A DNA stretch of 64,000 bases, taken from the IMG/VR virus record IMGVR_UViG_3300027759_004177, positions 1 through 64,000 of that record; one strand, written 5' to 3'. The notes beneath the pieces are model-generated. The model was not told where the DNA came from. It searched no databases and worked only from the letters and a program-made list of their open reading frames with translations. Positions 57,144-64,000 of the stretch are shown one piece after another (position 1 is the first letter of the stretch; the number at the start of each line of letters is the position of its first letter). The position numbers and the translations under genes were made by a program.

Positions 57144-58720
57144 TATCGGTTGATGTGTTTGATCAATTCCCAGTGTGTTGGTACTAGGTCTAGCACACCA
57201 CGGGCCATTTCATCACGGTGTTTATAGAACAACCGAGCACGTGGTAACAGGGCTTCCGTGATTGGACGTGTTGGACAATCCGCAAATGCCCTCATGGTGG
57301 TGATAGTCTGTGCCCAGTCGTACTTGTTATAACGTGTATGGTCGAAGTCTTTCTCACGTCTGTAGATATCGCTAAAATGACGACCAAACCAGCCGTGTAC
57401 CATATCAACAGCTTCCTCACGTTTGGCGGCTTGCTCACGCCAAAACTCTGTGTCTGAGCGTTCTGTCAAGGCATAGTGTGCCCACAGGAAGTCTCCAGTA
57501 ATTTTAACTTCTCTGCTCATTAAACGACTTAGTACACGATCCTCGCCGTCGTTCCAATGGCCATCGTGCTTCTTAAGTACTGCCACTACTAGTTCATTGA
57601 TAAGTGTAGTAAAGCTAATGCTAGTAGCTTCCAAAGGTTCTAGGAAGTTTGAGCTCAATCCACAGGCGATCACGTTGCGATGAGCACTACGATCCAAGAT
57701 ACCATTATCAAACTTTAATGTAACTTTGTGATCCCAAGTCATTCCTAGATTCTGCCAGTAAGCACCTAGCTCTTCTACAGCTTGTTCTGTGGTAGTGTAA
57801 CGTGTATCATAAACGTAACCCGAACCCATGTCGTCACGCAAGGGAACTCGCCACGACCAGCCATGCTTGAATGCTGTGGCGTGTAGGTTGGGTACGCAGA
57901 ATTCTTCTTGTTTGCCTTGATAGTTTACACGTCCGCCAACGGCGTTTTTACAAGGTAGTCGATCTTCGTAACTGACCCATTTGGCCACGGGTCCAATTAG
58001 TAAACGCTTAAAACCTGTGCAGTCAATGTACAAGTCTGCGGTGTGAGTTTCTCCGCTATCGTCAACAATGCCAGTGACTTCTTCACGTTCGTTACGATCA
58101 ACTCGTACAATATGACGCTCTAAGGTACGAACACCGTTGGGAACGGCCACTTTGTCTCGAATAGTCTGTCCAACTTTGAATGCGTTGATGTTGTAAGCAT
58201 AGCCCGGCACACGACTTGAATACTGATGTCCCGCTAGATCTCTATGAGCACGACGATTTTGTACTAAATGATATGTGTCTGACGCATACTGATAGTAATC
58301 CGCTTCTGTAATGATGCCACGTTTAAGCATTTCAATCCAGTAGTCAGCTATGAGTACAGAGTCATCCTTGGCACAACTAACACGCTTGCCAAATTCATCT
58401 ATACTGTGGTTAATACCCTTTTCTGTAACAAAGTCGCCAAACCCGTGCCAGCGAGTGTCTGAACCTGTGCGCCACCCATCAAAGGTGACTCCGTATTTGA
58501 ATGTACTGCCCGATTCACGCATCCACACATCTTCTGATAATCCCATTTTTTCTAAATGATTACGGAACTGTGGTACTGTGGTTTCGCCTACACCAATGAT
58601 GGGAACTTCTTTACTGTGTATTACAGTAACTTCTATTCCAGGCAGTTGACTACTTAAAAAGCCAGCACTAAGCCAGCCCGCGGTTCCGCCGCCTACGACT
58701 ATGATTTTTTTAACTTGCAT
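57143..58720 (-). CDS. flavin-dependent tryptophan halogenase-like protein
   Basis: GGGTAGW, IGVGE, TFK, DCTGF, GWSWRVP, FLEPLEATSI. Confidence 0.88.
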   Translation of the reverse strand: MQVKKIIVVGGGTAGWLSAGFLSSQLPGIEVTVIHSKEVPIIGVGETTVPQFRNHLEKMGLSEDVWMRESGSTFKYGVTFDGWRTGSDTRWHGFGDFVTEKGINHSIDEFGKRVSCAKDDSVLIADYWIEMLKRGIITEADYYQYASDTYHLVQNRRAHRDLAGHQYSSRVPGYAYNINAFKVGQTIRDKVAVPNGVRTLERHIVRVDRNEREEVTGIVDDSGETHTADLYIDCTGFKRLLIGPVAKWVSYEDRLPCKNAVGGRVNYQGKQEEFCVPNLHATAFKHGWSWRVPLRDDMGSGYVYDTRYTTTEQAVEELGAYWQNLGMTWDHKVTLKFDNGILDRSAHRNVIACGLSSNFLEPLEATSISFTTLINELVVAVLKKHDGHWNDGEDRVLSRLMSREVKITGDFLWAHYALTERSDTEFWREQAAKREEAVDMVHGWFGRHFSDIYRREKDFDHTRYNKYDWAQTITTMRAFADCPTRPITEALLPRARLFYKHRDEMARGVLDLVPTHWELIKHINR

Positions 58721-58750
58721 TTGGGATCTCTTTAGTTGAACAAGTATTTA

Positions 58751-59062
58751 TCATGACCATTTAAGCGTAAACCAAATACGTTGTTCTTCATTATCGAAAT
58801 GTATGACCATGCCAGCACAATGATCTTCTCCACGTGGCAAGTTTTTTTGCATCCATTCTGTGACATCATAATGATTAACATGCCACCAGGCATAGTCCTC
58901 AATGATCAACAGGTAATCACCATCTATAGGACCGCGGGCAGGTATAAATCTGTTTTTACTATCCATTTGTATAGTCCCGTTAAGGAACTTTAGTGTTTCG
59001 CCATTGTGCTTGACTTCTATTAAGTTCAATTGCTCGGTGATTTTGGTCACATGTTTTGTCAC
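58751..59062 (-). CDS. small paralog-family protein
   Basis: C-terminal IHFDNEEQRIWFTLKW. Confidence 0.6.
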   Translation of the reverse strand: MTKHVTKITEQLNLIEVKHNGETLKFLNGTIQMDSKNRFIPARGPIDGDYLLIIEDYAWWHVNHYDVTEWMQKNLPRGEDHCAGMVIHFDNEEQRIWFTLKWS

Positions 59063-59346
59063 AGAGATGCAATGTCTTTACAAATAAGTTTGAGCCATAC
59101 CAGCTCTCGATCGCCAACACGGCCCCAACTGGTATCATTGACAGGTGCTTTGACCAAGGTAACACCATTGGCATTTTCCAACCATACTCGACTGCTGTTC
59201 TTTACAGCTTCGTCGTGGAAGTGCCTCCACCCACCCAACGGAGATGATTGGATTTGGCCAGGCTTGACGTCAAAGTGTGCTAGATATTTTTCTCTATATC
59301 CAAACACAGTAACATCATCTTGTATTTCGTAATAATAGTTGATCAT
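59059..59346 (-). CDS. hypothetical protein
   Basis: Start MINYY overlaps upstream stop. Confidence 0.55.
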   Translation of the reverse strand: MINYYYEIQDDVTVFGYREKYLAHFDVKPGQIQSSPLGGWRHFHDEAVKNSSRVWLENANGVTLVKAPVNDTSWGRVGDRELVWLKLICKDIASL

Positions 59347-59573
59347 TTCTCTACCCATGATTCGCATCGTGCTCGTGCTGTAGGTTCCCATTCTTCGTAG
59401 AATAAATGTGCTGCACCTTGGCTACCATGGTCACCACTACGTTCCATGATGTCACGTATGTCAGGAAAATAGTTTAAGAACGCTTGGCCAAACCTGTAGT
59501 CTGGCGCTTTAAGTCTGGTCCATGCCAAGTGTTTAAGGAACTCATCATATTCAGCGGCGGTGATTTTCTGCAC
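59343..59573 (-). CDS. hypothetical protein
   Basis: YRFGQAFLNYF, 76 aa. Confidence 0.6.
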   Translation of the reverse strand: MQKITAAEYDEFLKHLAWTRLKAPDYRFGQAFLNYFPDIRDIMERSGDHGSQGAAHLFYEEWEPTARARCESWVEK

Positions 59574-59817
59574 AGTTGCCCCATTTTAATTTAAAAAAAG
59601 TATAGTCCTTTTCTTCTAGTTCGCCTGTGATTGACACTTTATATCCCAGCTGACCGGGATCAGGATCACACCAAAACACAGGTTCTCCCACAGCATGTTC
59701 CATGACCCACCGACCATGCTCGGTCTTTTGCCATTCGCTTATGGGAAATCCTGCATATAAGTAAGGATCTTCTACATCGCCCATGCGAAAAGTATGAAAG
59801 ATTGCCTTAACCACCAT
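59551..59817 (-). CDS. small paralog-family protein
   Basis: GDVEDP; C-terminal LEEKDYTFFKLKWG. Confidence 0.6.
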   Translation of the reverse strand: MVVKAIFHTFRMGDVEDPYLYAGFPISEWQKTEHGRWVMEHAVGEPVFWCDPDPGQLGYKVSITGELEEKDYTFFKLKWGNCAENHRR

Positions 59818-60058
59818 TCACATATACTCCCGCTGCTTGTTCTTGTTGATCCCGGCGTTGGCCAGCTGTTTTGAGTTGGAACATCATGGCATCCGTTTCT
59901 GTGTAAAAATGAAAGTCCATCCAGTCGGCATTGGGATGATAACGCCAGGTTGAATCTCCAGGCAAGCCGTAGGTTTCGCAGGTCCATGCCAGTAGCTCGT
60001 TCCACATAAAATCCTTATTGTAAGGATCTTGCCAAGGAACACGTATTGTTATTGCCAT
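59807..60058 (-). CDS. small paralog-family protein
   Basis: W..ETYGLPG; FHFYTETDAMMFQLK. Confidence 0.65.
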   Translation of the reverse strand: MAITIRVPWQDPYNKDFMWNELLAWTCETYGLPGDSTWRYHPNADWMDFHFYTETDAMMFQLKTAGQRRDQQEQAAGVYVNGG

Positions 60059-60225
60059 CTTAACCTAAAATGAGTTGCCTGCTCGTCGGTTTCAAATGTA
60101 AACGTGTATCTATAACTGGGAAATTGGCTGGCCCAATTCCAACAATCCATTCCAAAATGTGAATCGCACCAGTCGATGATGTTGAACACGTTTTTGTCTT
60201 TACAATCTAAGGTTACAGTAGTCAT
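60049..60225 (-). CDS. small paralog-family protein (58 aa)
   Basis: Manual translation MTTVTLDCKD...DWCDSHFG...FTFETDEQATHFRLRWQ. Confidence 0.65.
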   Translation of the reverse strand: MTTVTLDCKDKNVFNIIDWCDSHFGMDCWNWASQFPSYRYTFTFETDEQATHFRLRWQ

Positions 60226-60230
60226 ACCTT

Positions 60231-60259
60231 ATTATACATTAAAAAGATTTACTGGTCAG
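60231..60259 (-). promoter_or_regulatory. sigma70-like promoter
   Basis: CTGACC-17-TATAAT; spacer nearly identical to 56432..56460. Confidence 0.6.
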
Positions 60260-60674
60260 TTTTTTTGAGTGTTTCCCACATCTTCTTTTGTTCCAAAAAC
60301 TTTTGTTCGAGTTTGTGATAGTGTTTGGCTGCTGCCTTGAGTTCTGCAAACTCTTGTTCAAGTTCGATATTTCGGTTGATGCGTGTGGGAATCATCAGTT
60401 CGTTCTTGACGGCCAGCATGGTTTCCTTGAGACTTAGGCCATCGATCACCAGGTCCTGTTCGGTAATCTCAACTTTGGGTCGTTTTGTATAATATGAATC
60501 TACTACCCAGGTAGGGTTAGTGGTAGCAGCAGTGGTGTAGGTAATTCCGGCACTACCACCTGTAATAGTTATATTAGAGTAATTGCTACCCGAATAAGCG
60601 GTTGAATAGGTGGGACTTAAAGTATACCCGCCGGTTGATATTTTTACTGAATTTTGTTTTTTTGTTTTTGCCAT
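60249..60674 (-). CDS. hypothetical protein
   Basis: S/T-rich N-terminus, coiled-coil C-terminus. Confidence 0.65.
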   Translation of the reverse strand: MAKTKKQNSVKISTGGYTLSPTYSTAYSGSNYSNITITGGSAGITYTTAATTNPTWVVDSYYTKRPKVEITEQDLVIDGLSLKETMLAVKNELMIPTRINRNIELEQEFAELKAAAKHYHKLEQKFLEQKKMWETLKKTDQ

Positions 60675-60675
60675 A

Positions 60676-60721
60676 AAAAAGCCCTATACCGTAGTATAAG
60701 GCCTTTTAGTTACAATGTCAA
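60676..60721 (-). terminator. porin terminator overlapping a sigma70-like promoter
   Basis: Hairpin GCC..TATAC/GTATA..GGC with T tail; TTGACA-17-TATACT. Confidence 0.5.
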
Positions 60722-60725
60722 ACTA

Positions 60726-61877
60726 TTAGAATGAATGTTTCATTCCAACTGACAATGACTTATTATCTACTCCTGAAGTCATTGCAGCTGCGGATCCGTA
60801 AACAGCAGTCATTTTGGATACACCGCTGTTATCGGTCGTGGCCAACATGCTGTACAAACTGGTACGCTTGCTTAGATCATAGTTGACAGCCAAACCGGTT
60901 GTGCTACTCTTGTTGGCAGTGGTATACTTGTCTTGTGCGACTGTATACTCAACACCAACCCACATAGGAGCAGTCACTTGATATTTGACGCCAGCTGTGG
61001 TAATGTCAAGATCGTTTCCTACTCGAGTAGTGAACAGGTTGTTATCAAATCTACTCATGGTTTTGGCAGCACTGATTTTGAATTTGTCAAATTGGTAACT
61101 GGCACCAAACACAGAATTACGTAGTGCTGTGGCACCAGTAGTGTTGGCCACAGTACCATATCCAGCAGATGCTGTAAATCCACCTTGAACGTATCTTAGT
61201 GTGGCTTCCCGCATGATTCCAGCATTGATTGTGGTGGCACTACCAGATCCTGGTGATGTAAACAAACTTGCTGTCAATCCTTTGAACGCAGGAGATGTGT
61301 AGCCGATACCGTTGCTGAAAATTTGTGGTGTTGTGCCGCTGGTACTGGCTCCGCCGATGTTGGTTCCTGCATCCTGACCTGTGATCACATTGGTACCATT
61401 CAAACGACTACCAAGTACCCAGTAGTTGATCAAGCCCATACCATTTACTCCCAATGCGTCGTTGCCGACTACTACAGCGTACAATGGATTGATTTGACGA
61501 CCAATTTTTATTTCACCCAATGAATTTTTTGCACTGATGTTGGCGGCACGGTTAAACACTTCGGCTGTGCCTGTGGTACTTTGTGCAGCTCCAGTGGTGC
61601 TTGATCCAACTGCGCCGGTGCCCAGTGACACCTGTGATTCCAAGTTGAAACCAATGGCCAAACCACCACCTGCATCTTCAGTTCCGCGAATACCAAACCT
61701 ACTGGTACTCCAACCATGAGAATTTAAACCTGATTGATTTGCTGTGGAACCGCTTGCTTGTTGTATTGCGTAATAACTTTGGTCTAGATTTCCATAGACA
61801 TTCACGCTGGATGCCTGTGCTTGAACTGTGGTACTAAACACGCCAGCCAGAAGAGCCGACAGTAGTAATTTTTTCAT
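60726..61877 (-). CDS. Gram-negative trimeric porin, Burkholderiales/Neisseriales type
   Basis: Signal peptide; SSVNVYG, SRFGIRGTED.GGGL, FNLE, GRQ, YDLSKRT, C-terminal GMKHSF. Confidence 0.9.
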   Translation of the reverse strand: MKKLLLSALLAGVFSTTVQAQASSVNVYGNLDQSYYAIQQASGSTANQSGLNSHGWSTSRFGIRGTEDAGGGLAIGFNLESQVSLGTGAVGSSTTGAAQSTTGTAEVFNRAANISAKNSLGEIKIGRQINPLYAVVVGNDALGVNGMGLINYWVLGSRLNGTNVITGQDAGTNIGGASTSGTTPQIFSNGIGYTSPAFKGLTASLFTSPGSGSATTINAGIMREATLRYVQGGFTASAGYGTVANTTGATALRNSVFGASYQFDKFKISAAKTMSRFDNNLFTTRVGNDLDITTAGVKYQVTAPMWVGVEYTVAQDKYTTANKSSTTGLAVNYDLSKRTSLYSMLATTDNSGVSKMTAVYGSAAAMTSGVDNKSLSVGMKHSF

Positions 61878-62015
61878 GTTTTTCCTTTTTGATTTTAAAT
61901 ATGAAGTTTTGTGAAACTTGCTAGTGTTATTTACTAGAAGTGAGTTGACCTGCAAAAATAATTATCCCAATCATGCTTGGGTATTATATGCTACTATTAT
62001 GATATTGTTGGCTAT

Positions 62016-62390
62016 TTAGTTTGGGAGATCAAAATAGCGACGAGTTGTCAACAACCATCCAATTTGGTTAAAGTCCGACTCTACTTCTTCTGTCACATAG
62101 CTTTCTTCAACAAAGCCGGTAAAGTCTGTGCCTTGAAATCCGGTGCCTGAGCAGTACCAATCTATGTAACTGTCGTCTTCTCGGATGTCAGCTACAATGC
62201 TGGCCGCATAACGCCAGGTGCAGTCCCAATGTATATTTTTAAGTATACCCCAGACATCTTCAGGAACATATTCATTGTTGCAAAGTGCGGCATATAAATT
62301 TTGGGCATAGATTTCTTGCTGTCGTACTTTGGATATGATCCAATCTGTACTACGGATATCACGCTCAAGATTAAAAACTCTGCGACCCAT
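62016..62390 (-). CDS. hypothetical protein
   Basis: 124 aa; YAQNLYAALCNN, YIDWYCSG. Confidence 0.7.
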   Translation of the reverse strand: MGRRVFNLERDIRSTDWIISKVRQQEIYAQNLYAALCNNEYVPEDVWGILKNIHWDCTWRYAASIVADIREDDSYIDWYCSGTGFQGTDFTGFVEESYVTEEVESDFNQIGWLLTTRRYFDLPN

Positions 62391-62410
62391 AAAGTATTTA
62401 ATTGGCTCAT

Positions 62411-62440
62411 AAAAAAAGCACCGCGAACGGTGCTTTTTTT
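62411..62440. terminator. intrinsic terminator (symmetric A/T tails)
   Basis: A7-GCACCG-CGAA-CGGTGC-T7. Confidence 0.85.
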
Positions 62441-62458
62441 GACAGTTTTGTTACAGTA

Positions 62459-62725
62459 TTACACTAAACCAGCTGCCAATGCTTTGTAACCAGCAGCAAC
62501 CAAACGACGGCTTGGTTTGCCATGACGATATTCAGTTACAGCAACACCGTTGCCTGCCACACGCTTGTTGCCATAGATAGCAAAACCAGCATGACGAATG
62601 TCGCTGATTGTAGCGGTTGGGTTCTTGATGGAGAAACGCTTGGCGATTTGGCTCGCTGTCAAAGTTTCACCCTTTAATACTAGTGCGTTAAACAACTTAC
62701 CTTGTTTTGTTGAAAGATCAAACAT
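62459..62725 (-). CDS. winged-helix DNA-binding protein
   Basis: GETLTASQIAKRFSIKNPTATISDIRHAG. Confidence 0.7.
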   Translation of the reverse strand: MFDLSTKQGKLFNALVLKGETLTASQIAKRFSIKNPTATISDIRHAGFAIYGNKRVAGNGVAVTEYRHGKPSRRLVAAGYKALAAGLV

Positions 62726-62936
62726 GTTAATTTCCTTTTAAGTTAAACGCTGTTAATCAACAGCATGAATGTATTATGCACTATTTTTTTGGATCTTGCA
62801 ACAACTAATTTTACCAAACTGTCAATTTTACCATTGTTTGGCGTATTTGTAAACCAAGTGTACCGGGCCAGCGTTAAATACATTATCCAGGGTCATAACC
62901 TTGGGTATTTCAATTAACCTTATGAGGAAATATAAA

Positions 62937-63077
62937 ATGAAATCATTAATCACTTTAATCGCAACCGCTTTTGCTGTAACCGCTTTTGCTCAGGCACCAG
63001 CCAAAAAAGAAGAGCCAAAGAAAGATGCCCCAAAAGCTGAAGCTAAGAAAGAAGAGAAAAAAGACGCTAAGAAGTAA
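62937..63077 (+). CDS. small exported Lys/Glu/Ala-rich peptide (46 aa)
   Basis: Manual translation MKSLITLIATAFAVTAFA-QAPAKKEEPKKDAPKAEAKKEEKKDAKK; GAGGA RBS; TAAATA upstream; terminator downstream. Confidence 0.75.
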   Translation: MKSLITLIATAFAVTAFAQAPAKKEEPKKDAPKAEAKKEEKKDAKK

Positions 63078-63090
63078 TTCTTGCTGTCTT

Positions 63091-63117
63091 AAAAAAACCG
63101 CCTTCGGGCGGTTTTTT
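63091..63117. terminator. bidirectional intrinsic terminator with UUCG loop
   Basis: A7-CCGCC-TTCG-GGCGG-T6 between convergent genes. Confidence 0.88.
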
Positions 63118-63129
63118 ATTGTCTGCTGT

Positions 63130-63930
63130 TTATTTGTAAAGTATTTCGTCTGGTACCGAATTAATAAAAGATACTTGAAAGTTGGTTCTGGTATCCGTCA
63201 TATGATCAATGCCATGAAGAATTCTAGTATTGACCAGGCACCAACAACGTTTGAGTTCTTCGTCTGTGCTACGGTAAGCATCAACCACAGTCAATTTGGA
63301 GTTATCAAAACGTCTAACTCCGCGGTCACGGATCAGCGGCTCTCCATGCTCTTGCCAGTAGTATAAAGTGGTATCGGGGCCACCTTTTCTAAAACAGTAA
63401 ATCAACACAAAATCTCTTGTTAGATCAGCATGTGCTCCAACTGTGGGCTGTTCCGGTGTTCCTTTGGCAAAAAACAAACCTGTGTTTAAAAAGTTATCGG
63501 TTAGATTTTCTTTGACCCAAACACTAAATTCATCCTCGGCTGGCAGATCTTCCTTGGCCATGCCAGGATTTACCAATTGGCTAAAACTCACTCGAGCTTG
63601 ATGTGCGGCTCTAAAAGTACGCCCGTCCCAACTTAGTTCGTCTGTGTCTTTGCCAATAACACGGCCATTTATACCGCTGAATAGCCCGCTCCATTCGGGA
63701 TTGGGTGCCGCCAATGCACGATCAATCATGTGTTGTGGGGGAATAGGCAAATGATCCAGCAGTTTGTAACCCCAAGTTGGTATTACAGCGTTGGGATCGG
63801 TAGTTGCACCATAAGCATACACGCCACGCTTGGTACTTTTTTTACTTTCTTCTACCTGGGTATCAAGGTACAGTATTTCCGTGTTTTTGTAGTCTTCTGC
63901 GGTGACAACTTCTGTGTCTTTGTATTCCAT
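63130..63930 (-). CDS. hypothetical protein, possible HxD...H oxygenase/cupin fold
   Basis: HAD...LVNTRILHGI...R. Confidence 0.55.
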   Translation of the reverse strand: MEYKDTEVVTAEDYKNTEILYLDTQVEESKKSTKRGVYAYGATTDPNAVIPTWGYKLLDHLPIPPQHMIDRALAAPNPEWSGLFSGINGRVIGKDTDELSWDGRTFRAAHQARVSFSQLVNPGMAKEDLPAEDEFSVWVKENLTDNFLNTGLFFAKGTPEQPTVGAHADLTRDFVLIYCFRKGGPDTTLYYWQEHGEPLIRDRGVRRFDNSKLTVVDAYRSTDEELKRCWCLVNTRILHGIDHMTDTRTNFQVSFINSVPDEILYK

Positions 63931-64000
63931 GTTTTACTCCTGAAAATATATAGAACTATATATATTTACTTATGCAATCTGAAGTAAAATGCAAATACAA

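Noticed and set aside
62986-63366. 126-aa plus-strand ORF
   Set aside because: Crosses a strong terminator; the supported gene is 62937-63077 in another frame
1-64000. Bacterial chromosome origin (ClpA, DnaJ, IF-1, porin, SOD, ErpA)
   Set aside because: These genes are interleaved with PolB, clamp loader, tail, baseplate and lysis genes in dense phage-style operons
1-64000. tRNAs, CRISPR arrays, introns/inteins, transposases, stop-codon reassignment
   Set aside because: None seen by eye; conserved genes are uninterrupted and TAA, TAG and TGA all end genes. tRNAscan/CRISPR tools were not run

Overview
64 kb segment of a large (jumbo-class, distantly T4-like) myovirus genome, almost entirely on the minus strand and using the standard genetic code. 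A Burkholderiales-type porin suggests a betaproteobacterial host (inference). In window order: (1) a 7-deazaguanine DNA-modification region (folE at the left edge, a DpdL-like T-fold protein, a TGT/DpdA-fold transglycosylase) interleaved with a GT-B glycosyltransferase, GalE, two radical SAM enzymes, a DegT-like aminotransferase, an adenylate-forming enzyme and a sulfotransferase-like protein; (2) replication genes (putative sliding clamp, family B DNA polymerase); (3) a candidate structured ncRNA; (4) an ~8.5 kb cluster of modular proteins with T4-like capsid-targeting N-termini and repeated hydrophobic-x-Glu linkers, carrying deaminase, ADP-ribosyltransferase-like, zincin and HxGH nucleotidyltransferase domains; (5) ClpA, DnaJ, a lysis cassette, PhoH, clamp loader, GroES and a DnaE fragment; (6) baseplate/tail-fibre genes; (7) ErpA, SOD, IF-1, a flavin-dependent halogenase, a six-member small paralog family and a porin. 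No tRNA, CRISPR array, intron or transposase was recognised by eye. All annotations are motif-based; no database searches were run.
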